Notes: generated by a model from the sequence alone, not told the origin. 56,298 nucleotides of DNA from Candidatus Omnitrophota bacterium (GCA_003644385.1 QNCD01000002.1:1-56298), one strand, 5' to 3'; positions 35,046-44,056 are shown, counted from the first letter of the stretch. Made by a program: numbers and translations.

Positions 35046-36020
35046 TTAATTAACATAAATTATCCTTGAACCCTCGAAATCAAATCTGAAAGGCACTTCT
35101 ATTAACGGCCAAAGCGATTCTCTAACTTTTTGGCGATTATATTTTTCAACAAATAAAAGAAGAAAACCTCTGCCCCCAGCTCCGCACAGCTTACCACCTA
35201 ATGCTCCTGCCTTTTTCGCTGTTTCATAAATTGTATCAATATCTTCATTCGTGATTAATTTAGATAATTTCTTCTTCAGCTTCCATTCTTCATCTAACAG
35301 TAAACCAAAATCTGTAAGTTCTTTACCTTCTTCCAAACAATCTTTCATTTCATATGCCAATTCTCTCATCTCTTTCAAGACCAAATAGTTCTCTTTAAAA
35401 TTATAAGTAGAAATTACATCAGAAGCTTTTTTCCGCTTACTTATACCAGTATAAATTAACATCAGACTCTGATTTAATTCATCTTTAATCTCAAGTTCAC
35501 AAAGTATAGGCTTGATGTTTACCGCATCATTAGATTCAAATTCTATAAGGTTCAAGCCTCCATATGCTGCAGCATATTGGTCTTGTTTTCCTATATGCTC
35601 CTTAAGAATATCTATCTCTATTGCACAGGCTAACTCTGCCAATTCTGTTCTTGACAAATATTTACTTTTCAGTGCACACAAAGCATTCAGCAAGCCAACA
35701 GTAAAACTTGAAGAAGATCCTAAACCTGTCGCCTGAGGAATATCTGCAATCGAAGCTATATCAATACCACTCACATTGATTAGTTTTAAACATTCCCGAA
35801 TAATAGGGTGTTTAATTTGATTAACTTTTTCAACTTCTTCCACTTCAGAATAGGATGCTCTTATCCCACCATCAAATCTTCTATTTAGAAAAATATACAT
35901 ATAGCGATTGATAGTCGTAGAAATTACTGCTCCTGTCTCCAAACCATAAAAGTCCTTGATATCAGTACCGCCACCAGCAAAACTAATTCTAAATGGTGTT
36001 CTTGAGATTATCATTGGCAA
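35046..36020 (-). CDS. hddA: D-glycero-alpha-D-manno-heptose 7-phosphate kinase (GHMP kinase)
   Basis: SRTPFRISFAGGGTD, IKHPIIRE, PQATGLGSSSSFTVGLLNAL (GHMP motif II) and GKQDQYAAAYGGLN match HddA-type kinases. Confidence 0.85.
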   Translation of the reverse strand: MPMIISRTPFRISFAGGGTDIKDFYGLETGAVISTTINRYMYIFLNRRFDGGIRASYSEVEEVEKVNQIKHPIIRECLKLINVSGIDIASIADIPQATGLGSSSSFTVGLLNALCALKSKYLSRTELAELACAIEIDILKEHIGKQDQYAAAYGGLNLIEFESNDAVNIKPILCELEIKDELNQSLMLIYTGISKRKKASDVISTYNFKENYLVLKEMRELAYEMKDCLEEGKELTDFGLLLDEEWKLKKKLSKLITNEDIDTIYETAKKAGALGGKLCGAGGRGFLLLFVEKYNRQKVRESLWPLIEVPFRFDFEGSRIIYVN

Positions 36021-36047
36021 ATCTCCTAAATTTTTAATAACACATTT

Positions 36048-36725
36048 TTAAACCCCAACCATTTCTTTTTTAAATTTCTGCAGCCCAGAAAAAGTTCCAA
36101 TATCATAAAACCTATTCTTACTTACATATGTTTTTACTTGTCTTTCAGAGATTAACTTCGGTAATACTTCCTTTTCAAATGAAATAAAATATTTATCAGG
36201 AAATAAATTGAATATACCTTTATTCATTACCGAAACTCCTGCATCAATATAAACTGAGTCGAAACCTAATTTGCTATACTCAATTAAATCACCACGCTGA
36301 CCAATTTTACAATTTGCTTTTTCAGCTTCGCACACAACCATCATCATTAACCTATTGGATCTTTTAAATAACTTATATAACTCCAAATAATCAATATCTA
36401 AATAAGTGTCTCCATTAACTATAAAAAAATCCTCTCCCAATAGATTTTTAGCTAATTTCAGTGAACCACCAGTGCCTGCTGGAATAACTTCATGGCTATA
36501 TTCAATATTAACACCAAAAGCAGCTCCATCTCCAAAATATTTTTTTATCTGCCCACCTAAATAGCCAGTGCAAATAACTAAATTAGCGATCTTATTCTTT
36601 TTCAGCAGCCTAATCACATATTCCAAAAATGGGTATACACCTATCCTAATCATGGGCTTTGGCTCCAAATATGTCAAAGGTCTTAACCTTGTACCTTGCC
36701 CACCTGCCAAAATAACTGCTTGCAT
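36048..36725 (-). CDS. hddC: D-glycero-alpha-D-manno-heptose 1-phosphate guanylyltransferase-like nucleotidyltransferase
   Basis: MQAVILAGGQGTRLRPLT nucleotidyltransferase signature. At 225 aa it is a short single-domain form, adjacent to hddA. Confidence 0.75.
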   Translation of the reverse strand: MQAVILAGGQGTRLRPLTYLEPKPMIRIGVYPFLEYVIRLLKKNKIANLVICTGYLGGQIKKYFGDGAAFGVNIEYSHEVIPAGTGGSLKLAKNLLGEDFFIVNGDTYLDIDYLELYKLFKRSNRLMMMVVCEAEKANCKIGQRGDLIEYSKLGFDSVYIDAGVSVMNKGIFNLFPDKYFISFEKEVLPKLISERQVKTYVSKNRFYDIGTFSGLQKFKKEMVGV

Positions 36726-37571
36726 TCATCGCTCCTTTAACACTCCCCAGCTTCTCCCAACGTTAACTTTCCATTCATTAGGTTTCCTTGATTGCATCTT
36801 TAAATAATTTTTCTTAACTAACTCTGGCTGCCGAGCATATGAAGGTGGAGGTTCATGATATAGATGTATAGCAATTATCTCGTTCGTTCTAACTTCCTCA
36901 ATTCCATAATATCTCAGTCGAGTTAATAAATCAATATCATCATAGCCTCCAGCTCCTCCATCTAAAAATTCTTCATCATAACCACCAATCGCCAATAAGT
37001 GTCTCTTAAATATTATTGCTATGTGATGAGTACCTCCATTTGGGAAATAAGTAATTGTGTCCGGTGGTGAACAATAGCCTACATAATAATCATACACATT
37101 TGGCAATTTAGTTATTAAAATAGGATTTAACAATTGCTCTTCAGTCAACCGCCTTAAAGCTATTTCGTACACAGCATATAAAGGATTAGCAATTAATATC
37201 TTATTTTCATTCCCAGGTTTAGAAAAAAATTCTTTAGCAATCTTAACATCTGGTGTTGGATGAAGGATTTCTGGCTCTGTTAGCATAATTAAATCTCCAG
37301 TAGCTTTCTTAATACCACAATTCATCCCATGAACACAAATAGTCCAACCTGGATTGTTATTATAATAATATTTCAAATTTACTTCAGGATGTTCTTTCAT
37401 AAAATTCTCAATAATTCTACCAGTACCATCTACAGAGCCATCATCGATGAAAATAATCTCATCAGGTGGCACTTGTTGGTTAACCAAACTCAATAAACTC
37501 CACCTAATAAGCCCACCTCTGTTATAAGAAGACATTACAGCCGATAATTTCACGTCCTTATTACTCCCCAT
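36726..37571 (-). CDS. family 2 glycosyltransferase
   Basis: SAVMSSYNRGGL ... IIFIDDGSVDGT ... TEPE. Paralogue of 37550..38347. Confidence 0.8.
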   Translation of the reverse strand: MGSNKDVKLSAVMSSYNRGGLIRWSLLSLVNQQVPPDEIIFIDDGSVDGTGRIIENFMKEHPEVNLKYYYNNNPGWTICVHGMNCGIKKATGDLIMLTEPEILHPTPDVKIAKEFFSKPGNENKILIANPLYAVYEIALRRLTEEQLLNPILITKLPNVYDYYVGYCSPPDTITYFPNGGTHHIAIIFKRHLLAIGGYDEEFLDGGAGGYDDIDLLTRLRYYGIEEVRTNEIIAIHLYHEPPPSYARQPELVKKNYLKMQSRKPNEWKVNVGRSWGVLKER

Positions 37572-38347
37572 TCTTTACCTTTATTTGCTATTATTGGCTT
37601 GTTAGGATCTTCGTGTAAGGTCTTATTGTAATTCCATTTTTCAAGACATCCTGTATAACCATGAGCTAAATGAACCACTTTTATACTTTCATCAGGAATA
37701 CACCTGACGCCAAATCTGCTTAATCTTGATTGCAAATCAATATCATCCCACCCCCAATGAGGCAAAAATCTCTCATCAAAACCACCAATTGCCATCAGCC
37801 ACTCTTTTCTCACTGATGCACAATAGCAAGCTGAAACTCTTCTTGATACAGCAATATCTTCATACTGAGGGATATAACCTTCTCTCCATTCAACCACTTC
37901 TTTTATTTTTGTAATTAATTCGGGATTTCTAAAATGTTCAAGACTTAAAATCCTAATAATCCCAGCAAACACAAAATAAACCGTCCCTGCTGACACAAAT
38001 AATTTAAGCTCTTTTTCGTGCCAATCCACATGCTGTTTAATAGTATTGCCTATATGTAACACTTCTGGCTCTGTAAAAATAATCAGCTCTCCTTTAGCTT
38101 GTTTAATCCCGATGTTTTTTGCCAAACAGCAATTTGTATATCCTGGATTATTGTTATAAATATATCTAATATTATGATTAGGATATTCACTCTGAAATGT
38201 TTTTACTAAGTCAGCCGTATAATCCTGACTACCATCATCAACTATAATTACCTCATCAGGTTTATAATCTTGATTCAACAATGTATATAAACCCCTATTT
38301 AGATGTCCTGCTCTATTATAAGTTGTTATTATTACTGATACTTTCAC
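37550..38347 (-). CDS. family 2 glycosyltransferase
   Basis: VSVIITTYNRAGHL ... VIIVDDGSQD ... TEPE. Paralogue of 36726..37571. Confidence 0.8.
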   Translation of the reverse strand: MKVSVIITTYNRAGHLNRGLYTLLNQDYKPDEVIIVDDGSQDYTADLVKTFQSEYPNHNIRYIYNNNPGYTNCCLAKNIGIKQAKGELIIFTEPEVLHIGNTIKQHVDWHEKELKLFVSAGTVYFVFAGIIRILSLEHFRNPELITKIKEVVEWREGYIPQYEDIAVSRRVSACYCASVRKEWLMAIGGFDERFLPHWGWDDIDLQSRLSRFGVRCIPDESIKVVHLAHGYTGCLEKWNYNKTLHEDPNKPIIANKGKEWGVIRT

Positions 38348-38637
38348 CTTTTCTTTTTCTGATGTTTCTGAAATTTAACAAATTCTTCTGCAAGAGTTGC
38401 CAGTTTATCTAATTTTTCACTAATAGTGGCAAGTTTAGAATTTATATTCAACGATCTATCTTCCTTTGGTTTTGGCCAAACAAATAATACGGATTCCAAA
38501 ACATAATCCTCTTTTTTTTCTACAATCTTCTTTAACTCTTCTACTGCTGTATCAAAGTCCTTGATATAATATTCTTCTGATTTATTCCATCCTTTAATAA
38601 CTACCTTTATCATCTTTGCTGGGTCAATTAATGCCAT
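38344..38637 (-). CDS. hypothetical protein inside the glycosyltransferase block
   Basis: 97-aa co-directional ORF with a 4-nt overlap with the downstream gene. No motif recognised. Confidence 0.45.
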   Translation of the reverse strand: MALIDPAKMIKVVIKGWNKSEEYYIKDFDTAVEELKKIVEKKEDYVLESVLFVWPKPKEDRSLNINSKLATISEKLDKLATLAEEFVKFQKHQKKKR

Positions 38638-39465
38638 TTAATGCCTCCTTTTATGTTTGTTATCTATATATTTTATATTTTTCTTCAAACTTTCTATGTT
38701 TGCTTCTTGATTTCTTTCATGCCAAATATGCCAACCCATCACCTCATCTGTAAAAATGAACTCATATCCAAGTTCGTCAATCGTTTGACCTAAATCATTG
38801 TCCTCTCCCCCATGCCCAACGATATTTTCATCAAAACCTCCTGCTTGCAAGAACGCATCTTTAGGTATTAAAACATTACCACCAAATAAAGCACCACCAG
38901 ATCCTGAAACTGGTCTCCTTGATGGATTGTCTCTATACCTTTTATCTCTTTCAAATAACGACTGTCTTATATCAGCACCAATTAATTCACCCTTAGGAAT
39001 ATATTGAACATTTACCCTATTGCTTACCACCAAATCAAACCTAAATAATATATCCTCCAAAGTAAGTTTCATTGGTAATAAAAAATCATATCTACCACAA
39101 ATAACACAATTCGGAAATTGTGTGTGTAGCTTATGGTAAGTAGCCAACCAATTATCTCTAACGATAATATCAGAATCCATAAATATTATTGCATCAGAAT
39201 TTTCGTCCATCAATTCAACACCTCTATTACGAGCTTGACCTGCTCTAAACCCTTTATCTGGTTGCCAAAAATATTTAATATTAAAATCAAGATTAGCAAA
39301 TTTCTGCACAATAGAAAGAATGTTATCCTGAGAGCCATCATCACATACAATCACCTCAAACTTATCATGCCTAAACTTCTGCTTAAATATACAAGTCAAA
39401 CAGCACTCCAATCCGAACATTCTATTATATACTGGTATCACAATGGAGTATTCAATCAACACCAA
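38638..39465 (-). CDS. family 2 glycosyltransferase with galactosyltransferase-like C-terminal region
   Basis: SIVIPVYNR ... VIVCDDGSQD ... MDSD ... GHGGEDNDLG. Paralogue of 39452..40369. Confidence 0.8.
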   Translation of the reverse strand: MVLIEYSIVIPVYNRMFGLECCLTCIFKQKFRHDKFEVIVCDDGSQDNILSIVQKFANLDFNIKYFWQPDKGFRAGQARNRGVELMDENSDAIIFMDSDIIVRDNWLATYHKLHTQFPNCVICGRYDFLLPMKLTLEDILFRFDLVVSNRVNVQYIPKGELIGADIRQSLFERDKRYRDNPSRRPVSGSGGALFGGNVLIPKDAFLQAGGFDENIVGHGGEDNDLGQTIDELGYEFIFTDEVMGWHIWHERNQEANIESLKKNIKYIDNKHKRRH

Positions 39466-40369
39466 GCTCCTTTCTTTTTTCAGAAGAAATAAATGTCCCT
39501 TTGTCGCAGTAAATCATGTTTTTCTCTGGCTCCGCAATAATTCCATATTTAATGTGCAAATCTCGATACTTATTTTCTATGTACTTAATGTTCTTTTTAA
39601 CATCCTGCTCATTCTGAGCTTGATTCCTCGGATGCCAGATATGCCAGCCGATCACGTCTTCTGAAAACAATGCTTTTGCTCCTCTTCTGAACAACTCCCA
39701 TCCTAAACAGCAATCTTCTCCTCCGTGTCCTTTTATATTCGCATCAAAACCTCCTGCTTCCAAAAAAAGCTTTTTAGGGATTAGCAAATTACCCCCAAAC
39801 ATCCCCAAAGCAAAAGGTTTACCTGTAACTGGCGATAAACTACTCGGCTCTTTCCAAAATTTTGTCTTTTCATCTTGCCACCTTGGGTCAATTCCTGGTA
39901 GTGGACCAGCAGAGATAGGAGCTACTTGTGGAAACTGATTACTTACTACTTTATCAAATTGATTTGCAACTAATTCTTCAGTTATATTCATAGGCATCAA
40001 CCAATCATATCTGCCACAAATTATTGTCTCAGGATATAAACTGTGTAACTTATCATAGGCTTTCAAAGCATTAGGATTAAGAATCACATCTGAATCCACG
40101 AATATCAGAGCTTCTCCAATAGCAATTTTGCTTGCCAGATTTTTTGCTGGACCTGGATTACCTGTTTTGCCTATTCTCCATAGATACTTTATATTCATTA
40201 TAGTTGAATACTTCTGAGCTATCTTCACAGCAGGGTCTGTACCTTCATCGCTAATAATGACTTCCCAAAATTCTGTAGGGAAGGTTTGTTTTGCTAAAGC
40301 CATTAAACAACATGATAAATTCTGATGTCTATTATAGGTAGGAATTATAATAGAAAATTTAATTGACAT
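39452..40369 (-). CDS. family 2 glycosyltransferase with galactosyltransferase-like C-terminal region
   Basis: SIIIPTYNR ... VDSD ... GHGGEDCCLG ... KKNIKYIENKY. Paralogue of 38638..39465. Confidence 0.8.
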   Translation of the reverse strand: MSIKFSIIIPTYNRHQNLSCCLMALAKQTFPTEFWEVIISDEGTDPAVKIAQKYSTIMNIKYLWRIGKTGNPGPAKNLASKIAIGEALIFVDSDVILNPNALKAYDKLHSLYPETIICGRYDWLMPMNITEELVANQFDKVVSNQFPQVAPISAGPLPGIDPRWQDEKTKFWKEPSSLSPVTGKPFALGMFGGNLLIPKKLFLEAGGFDANIKGHGGEDCCLGWELFRRGAKALFSEDVIGWHIWHPRNQAQNEQDVKKNIKYIENKYRDLHIKYGIIAEPEKNMIYCDKGTFISSEKRKELGVD

Positions 40370-40384
40370 ATTTTACTCCTTATA

Positions 40385-42049
40385 TCAATCTGCGATATAA
40401 CTGACGCCATAAGGGCCGTCAAGAAAACAACTTGGTTTAAAACATTTATCACTCAAAGCCTCATAACCTACCAAACACCACTCTTTAGTCCTACCCCAAA
40501 CTCTTGGTATATCTTTTAAGTGAGCCAATGGCTCTCTTTCGTGACAAATTGAAACCATTAAATCAGTATTAACCACAAGCGATTTCCTATAAGCTTCGCA
40601 AGGTTTATGAACACCTTCCCTCAAAAAATGAGGCAGAGCAAAAACAAATTTGTCAAATGATTTCATGTAGTCAGGAGCACTGTTCATTATCTTTTCAAAT
40701 TTATCAATCTTCTCGCTCGTCCACTTACCCAATACTTTACCGCCAAAATAACTTCCACTTACCCCTGCTCTTATACAGAAAGTAATTCCTAATTTCTGGA
40801 CCAAATCAATTAAATATGGCAACTCATCAACTGTATCTGGATATACAGTAATACTAATTCCACATTTCCTTGGCCAAATAGTATTCACAATTCTGACAGT
40901 CTCAACCGCTTGCTGAAAAGTTCCCTTAACTCCTCTCAGCTCATCATGAACCTCTTCACTACCATCTATAGAAACCCTTACAACAAAATTGCCTCTTAAA
41001 TTATTAGCAATTGTTTCCCAAATTTTTCTCTGATTTTCAGGTAGAGTTCCATTCGTAATTATACCAATTTCAGCACCTTTCCATCTATCTGCACAGATAG
41101 CAATTAAATCTACAATTTTATGGAATAAGGTTGGCTCTCCCCCAAAAATTGCAATATTATTTATATTATTAAAAAATTCATGTGAGATCCACTTCTGAAA
41201 TTCATGTATATTAATTTCTTCTTCCGATTGTTTTTTCCATATATCACAATGCTTACACATTAAATTACACCTCCAAGTAGCAGCGACAGCCATCCAAAAT
41301 GGAGTAATAACATCCAATCTTCTATGATGAATCCATTTATCCTTAAACAAAGTCTTATTCTCAGCTTCATGTAGAAATCTACCTTCAGAAGCAAAACGAT
41401 GATGCAGTATTACAGCTTCTGCACAATAATAAATTCTAAAGCCTGCTTCCCTTGCCCTTAAACAAAAATCTACATCTTCCCAACCATTAATAAATTCTTC
41501 ACAGAAACCACCAAGCCTTTCAAATACATCTTTTTTCACCAGCATACAAGCCGCAGTCACAGCCTCAGCTTCTCTGCTTTTATTACAACTATAATCATCT
41601 GCCGGTCTTCCCTGACCATACTCATAAGGATATCCAGAAGCTGCCATGAACTTAATTCCTGCATGCTGTATATATTTACCATCAATTGTCAGCAATTTGG
41701 CACCAACTATTGGAGATCTGAAATAATTATCCTCAGCTATTTTCAGCATATATTCCAAAAATCCCTTTTGTGGCTCTGTATCATTATTAAGAAATAGTAC
41801 ATATTCAGCTTCTAAACTCTTAGCACCTCTATTACAGCTTTTAGCAAAACCAACATTTGCTTCATTCCTAACATAATTAATTCCTGAATGTCTTTCTGCC
41901 CATTTATCAGTGCCATCTATAGAGCCATCATCTACCAAAGTTAATTTCCAATTTATCTTATTCGATATATTCTCTTTTAAACATCTCCATAAAGGATCTA
42001 AAAACTTCTTGCCATTATAAGTTGGCACAACAATATTTACTTTATACAT
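40385..42049 (-). CDS. family 2 glycosyltransferase fused to a radical SAM domain
   Basis: N-terminal VNIVVPTYNG ... LVDDGSIDGT ... NNDT ... GWEDVDFC (GT-A). C-terminal half has CNLMCKHC (CxxxCxxC, nt 41246-41269), IFGGEPTL and ITNGTL radical SAM motifs, plus C-terminal cysteines. Confidence 0.8.
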   Translation of the reverse strand: MYKVNIVVPTYNGKKFLDPLWRCLKENISNKINWKLTLVDDGSIDGTDKWAERHSGINYVRNEANVGFAKSCNRGAKSLEAEYVLFLNNDTEPQKGFLEYMLKIAEDNYFRSPIVGAKLLTIDGKYIQHAGIKFMAASGYPYEYGQGRPADDYSCNKSREAEAVTAACMLVKKDVFERLGGFCEEFINGWEDVDFCLRAREAGFRIYYCAEAVILHHRFASEGRFLHEAENKTLFKDKWIHHRRLDVITPFWMAVAATWRCNLMCKHCDIWKKQSEEEINIHEFQKWISHEFFNNINNIAIFGGEPTLFHKIVDLIAICADRWKGAEIGIITNGTLPENQRKIWETIANNLRGNFVVRVSIDGSEEVHDELRGVKGTFQQAVETVRIVNTIWPRKCGISITVYPDTVDELPYLIDLVQKLGITFCIRAGVSGSYFGGKVLGKWTSEKIDKFEKIMNSAPDYMKSFDKFVFALPHFLREGVHKPCEAYRKSLVVNTDLMVSICHEREPLAHLKDIPRVWGRTKEWCLVGYEALSDKCFKPSCFLDGPYGVSYIAD

Positions 42050-42666
42050 ATAACAGCCTCCAACTGTGCTCTTCTCTTATTTCCAGAAGCAAAAGCATTA
42101 TCCTGCAATTTAAATTCAATAATTTCTTTATCAGCAAATACTTCTCTAAATATCTTCCTCCACCAATTGATATTATAACAACTCACATGTGTAGGATCTT
42201 GTGGTTCATTAGGAAAATGTTTAGCTATACTTCCATAATTCTTATCAAATACTGTAATACCATGATATATATATTTATCACTCACTCTCCTACACTCAAT
42301 CAGACACCTTAATATCTCTTCAGATTTTAAGTGTTCCAAAAAATCCCAAGAAAATACTAAATCAAAATAACAATCCTCAAATATCCCCAGCTCAGTTGCA
42401 TCTCCTTGCATAATATATTTTTTCATTTCAGGATGACAATTAGCTACAGCATATTCAGATATATCAACCCCATATGCCTCAACTCCAATCATTCTCATCG
42501 CTTGAACCAAAAAACCTTTTGCACATCCTAATTCTAAAAATTTGAATATCTTAAATCTTCTTATTAATTGTTTAGCTATCTCAATATAACCATCATGCCA
42601 ATAATACAAACCATAGCCCTTCCTATTATCATATTTAGGATCTTTATAAGCTCTGGGATCTCGCAT
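42037..42666 (-). CDS. class I SAM-dependent methyltransferase
   Basis: Motif I LELGCAKGFLV, acidic loop GVDIS, and FSWDFLEHL. The true N terminus is uncertain (see the finding at 42681..42755). Confidence 0.75.
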   Translation of the reverse strand: MRDPRAYKDPKYDNRKGYGLYYWHDGYIEIAKQLIRRFKIFKFLELGCAKGFLVQAMRMIGVEAYGVDISEYAVANCHPEMKKYIMQGDATELGIFEDCYFDLVFSWDFLEHLKSEEILRCLIECRRVSDKYIYHGITVFDKNYGSIAKHFPNEPQDPTHVSCYNINWWRKIFREVFADKEIIEFKLQDNAFASGNKRRAQLEAVICIK

Positions 42667-42777
42667 TCCATCAAAATAGTTTATATCAATCCAATTAGAT
42701 AAATCCTCAGGTCTCTCTCTGCTCTTTCTGGATTACCTGGAATGAATACTGGCATAAACTACTCCTTTTTATGAATT

Positions 42778-43317
42778 TTATGAATTACTATTTATAAATT
42801 TTTTAGTTTTATCTTTTAAAACTTCCCAATATCCATCAATCATGCTTCTAAATTTCCTTACTATATCCTCTTCTGTTTCTCCACCCAGAGGTGTAATATT
42901 ACCTAATTCAATATCAGCAACAACTAATTCAGAACCCGCATCAGGATTGCCACTATTATCAAAACCTTTATAGATCTGAATTCCATGTTTATTACCAACC
43001 TTAGAAGACAGAATCACTCTCCTCACAAGCTCTGGTAGCTCTCTTTGCTGAGAATAAGTCTGACAATAAACTCCAATAGTAAAATTAAATCTCGCTAATC
43101 TTGATTCTGTGCCTTCATAATCAGGCTGAACATTCACATCATGTTCTTCTAAGTAAGAATGAATAAGAATGAAAGGTAATGCTAAATCTGAAAGATTTAA
43201 ATCAGGATGACTGATATAAATTCTATCATCAAAATCACTTTCCAAATCTGCTGAGCTTCTTAAGAAGTATACCAAACTATTATAAAAAGCTTCTCCAAGG
43301 TTATTGACTAAAGACAT
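42778..43317 (-). CDS. hypothetical structural protein (possible tail terminator/neck protein) stranded between sugar genes
   Basis: 179 aa with no enzyme motif. The ALPFILIHSY... layout is faintly reminiscent of DUF3168-type tail-completion proteins. Expected position between the gp10-like protein and the tube. Confidence 0.3.
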   Translation of the reverse strand: MSLVNNLGEAFYNSLVYFLRSSADLESDFDDRIYISHPDLNLSDLALPFILIHSYLEEHDVNVQPDYEGTESRLARFNFTIGVYCQTYSQQRELPELVRRVILSSKVGNKHGIQIYKGFDNSGNPDAGSELVVADIELGNITPLGGETEEDIVRKFRSMIDGYWEVLKDKTKKFINSNS

Positions 43318-44056
43318 CTTTAATTCCCTGTTTTTTACTATTGTTTAATCTTATTTTTCTTTCATAAAAATGCTGACTACTCTTAAAAAGGGAAATAAAA
43401 GTCCCCGCATCGCTCCAGAATCCATCAAGTATTCTATATGTTAAACGGTGATGAACAAGGTAGTACCGATTAGTATCAGTAATTTCTAACTCTCCTCTAT
43501 CTGAATATTCTTGGCTTCTAATTACATCAAAAACTTCACAATCATATAGATAGAAACCTGTTACCGCTAAGTCACTGATAAACTTCTTAGGTTTTTCAAT
43601 AATCCTCATTACTTTGCTATCTCTAATTTCAGCTACTCCAAATCTCTGGGGATCGCTAACTTTCTTCAGAAAAATCTTAGCCCCTCCAGTAAAATCAAGA
43701 ACATCAGACTTGAAATCCTCTTCAAAAATATTATCTCCCAAAATTACTGCAACATTATCATTCTGAACAAAACCTTCAGCTAACAATAGTGCCTCAGCAA
43801 TTCCTCCCGCTTGGTCTTGGACTTTATAAGTAAACTCTACTCCAAAGTCTTTTCCGCTTCCCAAAGTCTGGATAACTGCTCCCATATGTTCCCTGCCAGT
43901 AACAATCAGAATTTCTCTAATCCCTGAATTAATTAAAGTTTCCAGAGGATAGAATATCATTGGTTTATTGAACACTGGTAGAAGATGTTTATTCGTTACC
44001 TTAGTGCAAGGATAAAGCCTCGTTCCTTTACCACCTGCAAGCAATACTCCTTTCAT
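43301..44056 (-). CDS. rmlA: glucose-1-phosphate thymidylyltransferase-like sugar nucleotidyltransferase
   Basis: MKGVLLAGGKGTRLYPCT, ILGDNIF, EKPK and GFWSDAGT blocks of RmlA-type enzymes (short form). Confidence 0.8.
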   Translation of the reverse strand: MKGVLLAGGKGTRLYPCTKVTNKHLLPVFNKPMIFYPLETLINSGIREILIVTGREHMGAVIQTLGSGKDFGVEFTYKVQDQAGGIAEALLLAEGFVQNDNVAVILGDNIFEEDFKSDVLDFTGGAKIFLKKVSDPQRFGVAEIRDSKVMRIIEKPKKFISDLAVTGFYLYDCEVFDVIRSQEYSDRGELEITDTNRYYLVHHRLTYRILDGFWSDAGTFISLFKSSQHFYERKIRLNNSKKQGIKDVFSQ

